A DNA stretch of 64,000 nucleotides from Pocillopora damicornis (taxonomy: Eukaryota), in contig NW_020847607.1 in NCBI RefSeq assembly GCF_003704095.1, positions 620,001-684,000 of the forward strand. Direction: 5' to 3'. The first letter of the stretch is position 1; every line of letters starts with the position of its first letter. Below, in pieces: positions 37,101-47,871 of the stretch. The position numbers and the translations under genes are program-made. The notes under the pieces were generated by a model. It made no database searches. It saw only the letters and a program-made list of their open reading frames with translations, and was not told the origin of the DNA.

Positions 37101-40100
37101 ATTACCGTCTGGCATTGTTTGTTCAAACTACCGCCGGCTTACCAGGGATGAGTGCATACGACATATCCACTACGTCAGCGCCTACAGGGGGCACATGCAC
37201 GATCACTCCCTCCAGCGGCATCTCTCTGAAAACTGACTTCAACCTGACATGCAGTAACTGGAAAAGTGACAGCATACCTCTGTCCTACCAGTTTCAACAT
37301 CAACTAGAGAACGGTCTATACAGTATGTTGTTTCATGGTTTTAACAACACGGTTAGCTCTTGGTTACTGCCTGGTAATCTGTCGGAAAACTTCACTGTAA
37401 AGGTCAAAGTGATAATAACTGATTATGTTGGTGCCTCTGCTGCGGTGACAAATTTGTCTGTGCAGGTACGACTTTATGTTTCCAGTTGTTTTGGTCATGA
37501 CGTCATTAGGAAGAACTGATGACGTTATAAAATTATGATATCATTGCGAAGTGACCATTTTTGTGAAATTAACACCCATATTTTCCATTTCTTCAGCTGT
37601 AAAGAAGGTTCGAGGTATTCGTTTAGTAGAGGGGGCGTGAGTTTTGAACGATTCGTTATCCGTTATCCGAACCTCCCTTATTTTTTCTTATTTCTTAAAG
37701 AAAAGCCTGGAAAAAGCAAGCGTTTATATTTTGTAGCATGATTATTTTGATTGCTAACACAAGCGAGTTGGTCAGTGAATTGTGATCGTATAGATTGTAG
37801 AAATTTTTAGAATGTCATTACTTTGTTGAAGCGAAGGGGATTTTTCTTCAAATCCCCCAAGGGGTAGAACTATTCCTATTGACTCTGAGATATAGTAAGA
37901 TTAGTTTCTGCTGTGGCCTTTATTTTTTCTTTTCTTACAGTCGATTGGTTCATGTTTGACTTTCTGTAGGTGAAGCCATCGGAGCTTTTGAGACCAGAAA
38001 ACATCAGCAGCTTTTTGACAGCTAATGATAGTTTACTTAATGACGTCATCCAGGATGGAGACTTAAGTAGAGCTGCACAAATTGCAAATTCTGTCCTCCA
38101 GACTGTTTCCCAGGATAGCACCGTGAGTTTACAGAATAAGGCTAAAGTAAGTCAGCTTGATGTTGAGTTAGTGATTGAGGTGAAAATTGCTCCGTAAACA
38201 GCACAATTCTTTTATCCTCGTTACTCTCACCATTGTAGTTAAAATTTTGTCTTTTTGGTAAGGGGGGAGGGGTGGTGAGCAAATTTCAATCCATACAACT
38301 ACGATTAAATTGATTCATGAAACTTACACAGTGTCTCAGAAGTGTCTTCTTTCATCTCCACAGATTCAAGATTTTCTGATCAAAAAGATCATCTCTCTAC
38401 CCGTGCAAAATCTTCCAGACCTTCTCCAAAGCACGTCTGTAATTGGCTCTGCTTTACAGGTTTCGGAGAGAGTGTCCTCCAACACTCTGGTATGGAAATT
38501 GTTTAAAAAAAAATGAGCATTTGATAATGAGTATTATCAACATTTACGATTGCTCTCTATCTTTGAAATTTTAGGAGTCCGCGATGTCTGCTGTTGGTTC
38601 AATGACATCACTTCTCTGGAGAACCGCCCAGTTAAAAGAAGTGGCCTATATACCGCTAGTCACGCAGTCTGCAGAGAACCTGGGCACATGTCTCAATAGT
38701 GTGTTGAAAACTGGAGCAGTAATAGCGTCAGGAGATTTCGGCTCTGGGCTTCAAGAGCAGGTATAATGTTAAGAACACCTGAGCGATCATACATATTTCA
38801 TACAATAGGCTAACTCATACATGTGTTTTGATTGGTTCTTGTCTATACAACCTATTAGAGGACAGACGCATAGATGGCGTCACCGTCAACAGATTTTGTT
38901 TCTTTATTATATAGAAAAAAATATTCTCTGTCTTTGTGGGTCTGTGCAATTGGAGATCACAGAAGACATAGAAATGTGCTAAGACAAAGAGTCTGAAATG
39001 ATCAAGGAACATGGGAATGAGAATGGGAAGAGAACCTATGATACTCACAAACTTTTCAGCTAAGATTGGTCGACAGGCGTTGTTGCTACGTTATACGATC
39101 ACTTTGATGATCGAATAATGACCGAATTTTGAGTATTTTCAAGGGCAAAAGGATAATGCTTCTACTTCGTAAAAGTCGTTCATTTTAAGTGCAAATTGTG
39201 GATACATCTTTAATCTTCAAAAAACCGTGTGTTTATTTAGAAGTACGCACTTTTAAAACTCCGAACAGTAAGTTTTATGAAGCCTGGTGGGCCAATTTTG
39301 GCCCATTCTTCTCTAGTTTAGGGCTCTTCAAAGCGAGGTCGCGATCAAATTTGCCGCTTTATTCTGCCCGATGTTTTTAAGATTTGATAAACTGCCTGTG
39401 TGCTTATCTTTACAGGGTGTGAAATTCGTTAAGACCGCGATGCAAACAATTAGTTTAGTTGCTGACGCAGTATTAGCTGTTAGAGCCCCGGATGAGGGCA
39501 TGATCTCCATATCAACGAGGGAGCTGAGCATGACCTTAGGACGCCACAGCCCCGAGAAACTTGCGGGGTTGAGGATCGAAGCAGCGGGCGGGGTAATTGT
39601 TCTTCCTTCTGACAGCCAATCATTACAATTTACTGTCACTGCAAAAGGTTACATTGATACTCAGGTAAGCATGCTTATCAAAGTATTCTCAGAGTCATCT
39701 TAAGAGCGAATAAGACATGCTATTGACTGTGTGTGTGGGGGGGGGGGGGTCAGTCAGGAAAAAGTTTTGGTTCGTGGTCTTGGGAACCAATTGGATTTTT
39801 CTTAAGAATGTAACTCAAGGGCAAAAAGATGTAGGTGACCGAGCCACGATTTACTTTTGCATCTGATTAGTGGAGGGTGGCGCATAAGTTTTACTTGACC
39901 AATCACAGACCTTTGTAAGGTAAAATAGTAGCAATGTCTGTTACTTTTTACACTCAATTGAATTCTATTTTTAGCTTTTAATCATTCATTTATGGCAGAT
40001 GTTGTCAATTCCATTCAACCCCTACACTTGGGACGGAACAAGGAAGCGAGTCAACTCTGATGTCTTAGCTCTCGACTTAAAAGACGAAACGCGTAATGTG

Positions 40101-43100
40101 ATTAAAGTGTCAAATCTCTCAAGCGACATCATCATCGTTACATCACTACAGCCTCAAGTCATCGCCTTGGAGAAGCCGCAGTATTTTACCAAAAATGAAA
40201 ATCTACGTTTTCATGAGATAGATGTTGAGTTCGAAAACACTCTGGTAAAGCTGGAAATCACTCCACAAGAGTCCACTGTAAGTCTGTTTGTTTACTTGCA
40301 GTATGATCAGCGGCCAACTACAAAAGTGCATGAACTCAACGCTACTATGTCTAAGTACTCAAGATGTGTTTGGACGTCAAGTGCGCAAGACAAAAACGAG
40401 GGCGAAACTGAGTGTTCATTTAGTCCATTTGAACCCATCGAATTCTTAGCTAAGAGTCCTGGAAAATACTTTCTTGGTGTAAAGATTTCCAATGCCAGCT
40501 TGATTATTCCCATTAAGAGGCGTAAAAGATCTTGTTTCGGACAGGGACGGCAAAAGCGCTCCTGCGTCGAAGTCAAGGACCCACCGCCCACCCCATCCCG
40601 GGGCGAAAATGTATCAGTGGTGCCAGTTTATGACTCTCGAACGGATTATAACTATACTCTGAAGGTAGCCCAAGAGAGCTGTGTGCACTGGTCAGAGGAG
40701 CGAGAAATGTGGATAACGGACGGCTGTCAGGTACGCTTAGGTCATATCAACTCGAAAAACGCGAGAGATCTCCAAAGGCATGTCCCTATGCCTACTGAAG
40801 GCATGTCCGTATGCCTGCTGAAGGCATGTCCGTATGCCCTCTGAAGGCATGTCCGTATGCCTTCTGAAGATGATCGCAGTTGCTAAAAGAACTGTAGTCT
40901 GATTTTTCGTACTTTCCAAAATTATTTTGTACTGTTCAGTATTTTCATATAATCATCATATGTAGTCTGAAAGAAAGTGACGAATAAATTTTTTTGCTTT
41001 TACTTGCAGGTTTTATCTGCACAATTAAATGGATATCTCAACTGTTCTTGCAATCATTTAACTTCGTTTGGGGGAAGCCTTTTAGTGAAACCGAATCCCA
41101 TCGACTTCGACAAGGTCCTGATCGAATTCAAGAAACTGGGAGAGACTGGAAATGTTGCCGTAATTGTAACAGTGGCCGTAGTTTTTCTAATCTATATTTT
41201 CGTGCTTGTTATCGTCCGGAAAGCAGATAAAAAAGACAAGAGGAATGTAAGTATGATTGATAGCAATATGTTTTTATTTGTTTATGGGATAAAAATACAT
41301 TTCCTATGTTACAAGTTAAAATCTAAAGTGTACAGTGTATAAAAGATGTAAAAAGATCCCCTATTCTAGTGCTAAATTATATTTAAAGACTAATCTATTT
41401 ACATAGGTACTCTTAGAGTGGACCGTGTTGAACCCGGGTTTTTCAGAGGATTTCCTACTAAGGTTATAATGGGTCGATTTTATTCTAAGTAGAAAAGGCA
41501 GGAGAGGATAATTCACAGTGTTAGATACTTTCTTGAAAATGTTACGGTCTTGTGTTTCCAGAAGGTTATGGACAGTGATATGTTAGAACAGAACTGACAG
41601 CCACATAGTATACTCTATGCACAAATTTGTCTACGCTGAGTGGCAAAAGTGCCAGGAATATTCCGTCCCTTGACTAAAAAAGGCTTTTGACTGCGGAGAT
41701 TTTTATTCAGTTTTAAACCCTTCCTACCCCCGAAAACAAAAAAAAAGCAAACAATTCTGTATATTAGTGAATTCTCAGGTCTGATAGAAAATGAGAAACA
41801 TTGTATTCGAGTGGGAAACTACGGGTTCAACCAGAAAGGAAAACAATATGGCGTGCCCGGACTTTTGACGCTGATTGAAGCCATTTTAGAAACTGACCCT
41901 TGTCCCCTCCCAAAAAAAACTAACAAAACAAAAACAAAGAAAACAAACAAACAAACAAAAAACCAAACAGAATGAACCATAACTGCCCATAATTACCTTT
42001 AACTCGTTAAGTGAATGAAATTATCTAACTCTAGGTTGGAGGATATTTCATTTTTAGGAAAAGGCGCCTGTTCATAGAATTGTTAATGAATATCTTCATT
42101 TGTATTGCTTTCTAGAATGGTGCGCCGATTCAGTTACCTTCGGCGTCGAATAACTTGCAAGAATTCGAGATAACCATTTCTACAGGTGTCTGGAGAAATT
42201 CTGGCACAACGGCCAGGGTTGCAATAGAAATTTACGGAACTAATGAAAGCACTGGTATTCTTGAGCTCAGCCCGGAAGAGCCTGGTGCAGAGAATTTGTT
42301 ATTTTCTCGAGCTAACACAGACGTGTTCGTTCTTAAGGTTAGCAATCCTCTTGGCACGATTCAAGGAGTGCGCATCGGTCATGATATCTCTGGAGAGAGT
42401 CCTTCGTGGTTTCTAGAAGAAATTATGATTTTAGACAAGCAGTTTAACAACTCTTGGACATTTACGGTTAATCAGTGGTTTGCCCTTGAACGAGGTGACG
42501 GTCGAATCGAGCGTACCTTTGAATTAACGCCCAGTCAACTAGATTTCAACCAGGAGGTCATGAAGCGATGGTGGAAAGGCCTCACTGAATCACATATTTG
42601 GGTTTCAGTTGCAGCAAAGCCACGAAAAAGCCGCTTTACAAGAATACAGCGGGCGTCATGCTGCCTCTCTGTGCTATTAACGGCTATGCTCGCTAATGCG
42701 ATGTTCTATCAATTGGATGGTGGCACTGAAGAGGTCTTTCAAATTGGACCTCTAAAATTTTCGTGGAGACAAGTAATTATTGGTATTGAAAGCGCGTTAA
42801 TTGTGGCACCAATTAACGTTCTCATAGTATTCCTGTTTCAAAAAGGAGGAGAGAGGTCAGAGACCAGCACTGGTCGTTTTTCTAAAGCAACCCTGTTGAT
42901 ATATCTTGCTTGGTTTTTGATCATCTGCGCATGTGCAGTTTCGGCGGTGTTTTCAGTCTTCTACAGTCTGATGTGGGGAAAGAGTATCAGTGAAAAGTGG
43001 CTTTCCTCAATGCTGATATCGTTCAGCCAGGATGTAGTAGTCACTGAGCCTGTGAAAGTTTTCTTCATGGCGATGTTTGTAGCGGCTATTTTCAAAAGGA

Positions 43101-46100
43101 AAGAAAGCAGAGGAAAAGGATATGAAAGCATCGAGGAACCCCAAAGTAGCCCCTCAAAACAAAGGTTATGGAATCTAGAATTATCCAAAGTGGAAGAGAT
43201 GAGAAAGAATCAAGCCAGAAAACAAAACATTTCGCAGTTTTTTGTGGACCTTTTTCTTTATCTTATTTTCATTTTTTTGCTAATGGTGGTTTGTTATGGT
43301 AACAGAAATGACCATCGATATCTCATGACAAAGTCCATCCGAGAAGGATTACCAAAGTTTAGCACGGTGGGTAATTTCATTACAAGAATTGCTGTAGTTT
43401 ATCATCAAAAGAAGTCGCATCCATTATCACAACCCTTTACACTCGGTTTTCTGCCTTTGTTGATATACCAAAAATAGAGAGAGGATGAAAGCAGACTAGA
43501 ATGAATCAACTTTGGAAAATTATTTTGTATCACTTGCTCAGTCTTTCTTATCACCTTTACAATCCGTTTCCTTGGCTCTACTCCTGTTTAAAAAATTAAT
43601 TACGCGAACTCTGCCATATTTGAACCAGCTTATTTGCGCGCAAAATGTTTTTACGTACAAACGATAATTTTCATCGTGTTCTTACGAAACACATTGCTTT
43701 CTCTTACTTCATCACCCAGGTACTGAACGATAAGGAGTTTTGGAGGTGGTTAAACGATGTTTTCATACCTGGCGTGTTTGTTGGCAAATGGTACAATGGC
43801 CAAGAGGAGAATCAAACCATGTACATAGGTGATAAACATTCTCTGCTTGTAGGAATGGCGCGAGTAAGGCAGCTGAGGGTGAAATCAAGTAAGTTTCGTC
43901 GTCAGTTTTCCCAAGACCTACCAAACAACCCCATTTAACCCATACGTCATCCAGTGGCTTCAAACTCATGGATAAATTAGTTTATACGACATTGGGTAAA
44001 ACTTAGTCGTGTACACAACACAGAGTTTAGCATAAGATATATTCATGTATGCTGCACGGGATGAAATACTGTCAAGAACTACAATCTTAGTTGTTCATTA
44101 CTGCCACAGCTTATTCCATTTGCTATACCATTGAGGAAGAAGTATGCGTATGGTCTACAAACTATACAACTTTTCATCTACACCCATGAGAGGTTTATTG
44201 CAAATTATAGCACTGATCACGTTTTGTGATTCCAAAACATGACATTACTTAATGAAAATTGTCTCCAAATAAGCGATGATCATGCGATAAACGCCCCCAT
44301 TTTTAATCTTGCCTAGCAACCAGGCCGTTTTCCTGTTAGATTACCAACTTTTATCATGTCCCAGATCCTAGCAATCTGTTTTAATAATAAGGATTTACTC
44401 TAGAAGGCATCCTAGCCCTTGACTCGAATAATGATCTGACGACTAAGTGTGAACCGCTTTCTTTGCTTTTTATCGTGGATAGTGGTCTGTGGAGGAAAAA
44501 ACATTTTATTCCTCCACAGACCGCTCAAAGGGCAAAAAATCGAGTCAAAACTGATCATCTTTCCTTTTATGTTATTTTTTAATTTTTTCAGCCCCGTGTA
44601 AAGTCTTGGACTATATGAAAACTACCTTTCCGACATGCTACGAGGGATTCTCGCAAATTAACGAAGACAAGACTGTATTTCATAAACCGGGATGGAACCC
44701 TGTCGATAACTCTACGAGTGATGACGAGCTGCTCCGACTCTGTCCGAAGCCATGGCGATACCAAAATGCTGACACAGCACCAAAGTGGGGAAAGTTCTCG
44801 TTTTATTCAGGGGGAGGATTTGTTGCAGACCTCGGATACGATACTTCCACCGGATATAGCATCGTTGAGAACCTTAAGAGTTATTACTGGCTGGACAAAC
44901 AAACCAGAGTTGTTATGATGGAATTTGCCGCGTTCAACCCATCCGTAAACCTTTTAACTGTTGTGACGTATTTCTATGAAGTGGAAGCATCCGGGTACAA
45001 GGTGCCTTTCACAAGAAGTAATATTATTTCTTTGAATTCGACGGAAACAGCATCTAATGAGTTTTATCTGATCTGCATACTTTTGTTCATCGTGTTCATT
45101 CTGTTCTTCCTCGGAAGAGAATGCTATAAGCTTTATAGGCAACGCTGCAGATATTTCAAGTCCATCTGGAATTGGATCGAAATCGCTCAGATTACTTTCT
45201 CTGTTTCAGCTGTGGTAATGTATATTTTACAAACGATCAGGGTGTCTGCAACGATCCAGAAATTGCAACAAAACATTTATGCGAATGTAAGCTTTCAAGA
45301 AGCTGTCGTTTCGCTGGAAGTGGAGAATGCAACGCTTGGAATTCTCACTTTTATCGTCATTTTGAAACTGTTGAGAATGATTCGGTTTAATTCTCATATT
45401 GCAGTGTTTTCTAAAACTCTTCAGACATCCATGCGTCTTCTTTCATCATTCAGCTTCAATTTATTTATCATTTTTGTTGCTTTCTTGCACTTCGGCATTT
45501 TGATTTTCGGGAATGGATCTGAGTTTTATTCGTCGATTCTTAAGGGAACATACTTTCAACTCGAACTCACTCTGGGACGAGTGAAAGCGAGGCCTATCAA
45601 TACTTTAGCAGAAGCAAATGAAACATTTGGAAGAATCTTCGCTGCTCTACTACTATTAAGCCTTACTATTCTATCCATGAACTTTTTCATCGCTTTAATG
45701 AATGAAGCACTTTTTGAGGCAAAGGATTCAGTGAATCAAAGTGAACTTTATGATCTAGTGGATGCATACGACTGGCCAAGGAATGAGGAGAGGAGGGCTT
45801 TATTCGATGTGGTTAGTAACGCTATGAAACGGATGAAATTCCAGCAAACCTCCACCGCGTTGGAAGAAACAGAAGTAACAAACGTCGCCTTAAATTCTAA
45901 CAGAAACAAGTCAATTCATTTTGATTTAATCAGCAAAGCCATCACAGCTTTAAGGAAACGGAAGGTCCAAGAATCGGTACATGAAAAACCAAGAAACATC
46001 AGAAGAAAATCTCTCTTTGATAGAATAAGTTCTATTATCCAAAAGCGTAGAGATGATAGCTCTGAAGGAAACTACAGACCAAAAATGAAAAAGAAAGTGA

Positions 46101-46309
46101 ACTTTAGAGACGATGTTGTTAAATCTCAACTGAAGAAGTTACATAAAACGAAAAAGGATTTATTTCATCGATTGGATAATATTGTGCAAGGATATTTTGA
46201 GGAGGAAGAGAAATTTCATATAATATGTCACGAAATAAAAGTGTATGGCTCTCAGGATGATCTGGGAAACGTCACGGTCACGGGGACTGAGAACGAATCA
46301 TTTTCTTAA
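31170..46309 (+). CDS. Polycystin-1-like (PKD1L/REJ-type) protein, ~2411 aa; exons 31170-31218, 32172-32379, 33131-33555, 33754-34167, 34734-35015, 35809-36217, 36862-37465, 37970-38146, 38364-38489, 38575-38760, 39416-39664, 39999-40730, 41010-41246, 42116-43366, 43720-43888, 44592-46309
   Basis: Signal peptide MQRVALLLLGFMASCEG; LamG-like; S/T/P-rich; Cys-rich LU-like; REJ (NASLSYDPD, PTGGTCTITP); GAIN/GPS (CVHW...WITDGC...CSCNHL/TSF); TM1; PLAT (TGVWRNSGTTA, SPSWFL); FTRIQRASCCL; polycystin channel domain (YSGGGF, WLDKQTR, MNFFIALMNE). Exons sum to 7236 nt in one open frame. The link of the 5' exons to the REJ core rests on splice phase only. Confidence 0.9.
32450..32745 (-). mobile_element. 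tRNA-derived SINE (MIR/CORE-like central segment)
   Basis: ctgtagcatgaagcgac...gggatgctagtccatcgc...aagagcacaacacaa...gatccggag; same family at 34300-34510 and 60895-61135. Confidence 0.6.
34300..34510 (-). mobile_element. Degenerate tRNA-derived SINE copy
   Basis: gagagaggcatggtgagagtaaagtgtcctccctaagaaca...gaggccaccgcgtctc. Confidence 0.5.
35231..35494. mobile_element. CCAAT-rich MITE-like repeat copy
   Basis: Aligns with 6910-7145. Confidence 0.65.
36672..36811. mobile_element. 140-bp GC-rich MITE with ~23-bp TIRs and TTAA flanks
   Basis: ttaa-gccggcgacatacccggcgattt ... aaatcgccaggtgtgtcgccgac-ttaa. Confidence 0.75.
40774..40869. repeat. Four tandem copies of a 23-bp self-complementary unit
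   Basis: gaaggcatgtccgtatgccNNct x4. Confidence 0.85.
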
Positions 46310-46949
46310 AAGTTTCCAATTTGATAACAGTAAGAATTGAATGTAGAAACTGTAGAGGAGTGAATAAGAGGGAAGAGGAGAACATGGTTGGATCTCGTCG
46401 CTAAGGAACATCAGCAATTAAAATCCAGATATTTTTCAGTTTTTTAAGTTTTTTTTTAATATTTCTTTGTTTTTATCTCATTTTGTTGCTGTTATACACA
46501 AGTCGGAATCAATTTCCCAGCTATTTGACATTATTATAATAAATCTATAAATATGTTTTAAAAGGAGCCAACTTAATTAAACAAATTTTCGTCTTTTGGT
46601 ATCCCCTCCTTATGTATTATTGCCATCGTTGTCGTTGTCGTTGTCACTGGCATCAGAATCGCCTTCTAACTCAAAAAATTTATTCAATTTTGTAATATAT
46701 AAATCTCTTACTTTTCCTATGGCTTCTGAAAGACTGTCATTAACAGGTGTCTTTTGACGGAGCTTAGATCGAGACATTTACGGAACTGATGAAGTTCAGT
46801 TCCGCAGATGTACGGGTAGTCATCGATTTCCGTTCCGGAATCTTCGGAATCGGATTCACATCCATGTCTTCCTCCCCAGTGTAATTACGATTTTGATTCA
46901 AAATCTTCCTTGGATCCTTTTAATGAAGACTTCAATTACGTTTCATTTA

Positions 46950-47345
46950 AGTACGGTATACGATATCCTGATGTCCACTATCGGCAGTTAACATGGCGAT
47001 GTAATAACACGCCAACAATCCATTGAGGCATCAAAATCAGCCCCATATGTACTTGAGAAGAATTCTAACAATATCGAAGTGACCATTTTGATACGCACAA
47101 TGAAAAGGTGTCATTCAATAATTTTTTCCTTGCTCAACTGGCAGCCTCTCATAAAGCAGGAGTGAGATTGACATTTTCCGTATCGCTTTTTGCCGCAGCG
47201 TGATGAAATGGAGAACAATTTCTCCAATCTCTAATATAAACATATGCTTGAAAGTTTTGTTTAAGGAGCGCGAGAACATCATGTGTGTATCTTCGCGGGA
47301 TCTTCCCCGTAAGACAAAATAAACTTGATAACATCAACAGGTCCA
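46950..47345 (-). pseudogene. Decayed ankyrin-repeat gene fragment
   Basis: Frame-broken repeats GPVDVIKFILSYGED / RDWRNCSPFHHAAAKSDTENV / MTPFHCAYQNGHFDIVRILLK(fs)YGADFDA / AMLTADSGHQDIV, with stops and frameshifts. Confidence 0.7.
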
Positions 47346-47515
47346 CATTAAGGCCGTTCTTTAACCGCTGTTTTCCTCTAGTATTTTGAACTTCAAAATT
47401 GCGTCTCTTATAGAGGAATTAATTAAGCTGCCTTACGCTTTCGCGTCTTGCGATCACATAGGAAAGAAAACTTGTTTGAAAGCTTTCTGTTTAGCAGCCC
47501 TGAGTAGTTCTTGGA

Positions 47516-47528
47516 GCTACTTGGTAAC
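47516..47528. promoter_or_regulatory. Candidate RFX X-box upstream of CCDC89
   Basis: GCTACTTGGTAAC ~350 bp 5' of the ATG; fits a relaxed X-box consensus. Confidence 0.3.
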
Positions 47529-47871
47529 ATAAGTAGGGATACCTGTGTCACTGCCGTTCCTGTGGTTTAGGCTGAGACGAGAGGGAGCTGGTAACAAGTT
47601 TGCTTTTCACTTTGTTGCCAAAGCACTCCTGCTTGTTTTGTTCTGCAAACCACAAGATACCGGAATTTTATGGGTTTTTTTTTCAGCAGAGGAAAACGTT
47701 TCGACAAACTAAACCTTACTTTGTAAACAGTCATTACAAGAGATAAGGGATATTTTATTCGTTGTATCAGATGCAATGGACTTAAGACTGCTAAGTGGCC
47801 TGTTTCAGCGCGACCGATTGATAACGTTTGACTTTGGGCACTTCCATTGAAAAAACTTTTTATTTATTTAA

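Noticed and set aside
40774-40869. CRISPR-like array
   Set aside because: Palindromic repeats are head-to-tail with no unique spacers, inside a eukaryotic intron, with no cas genes
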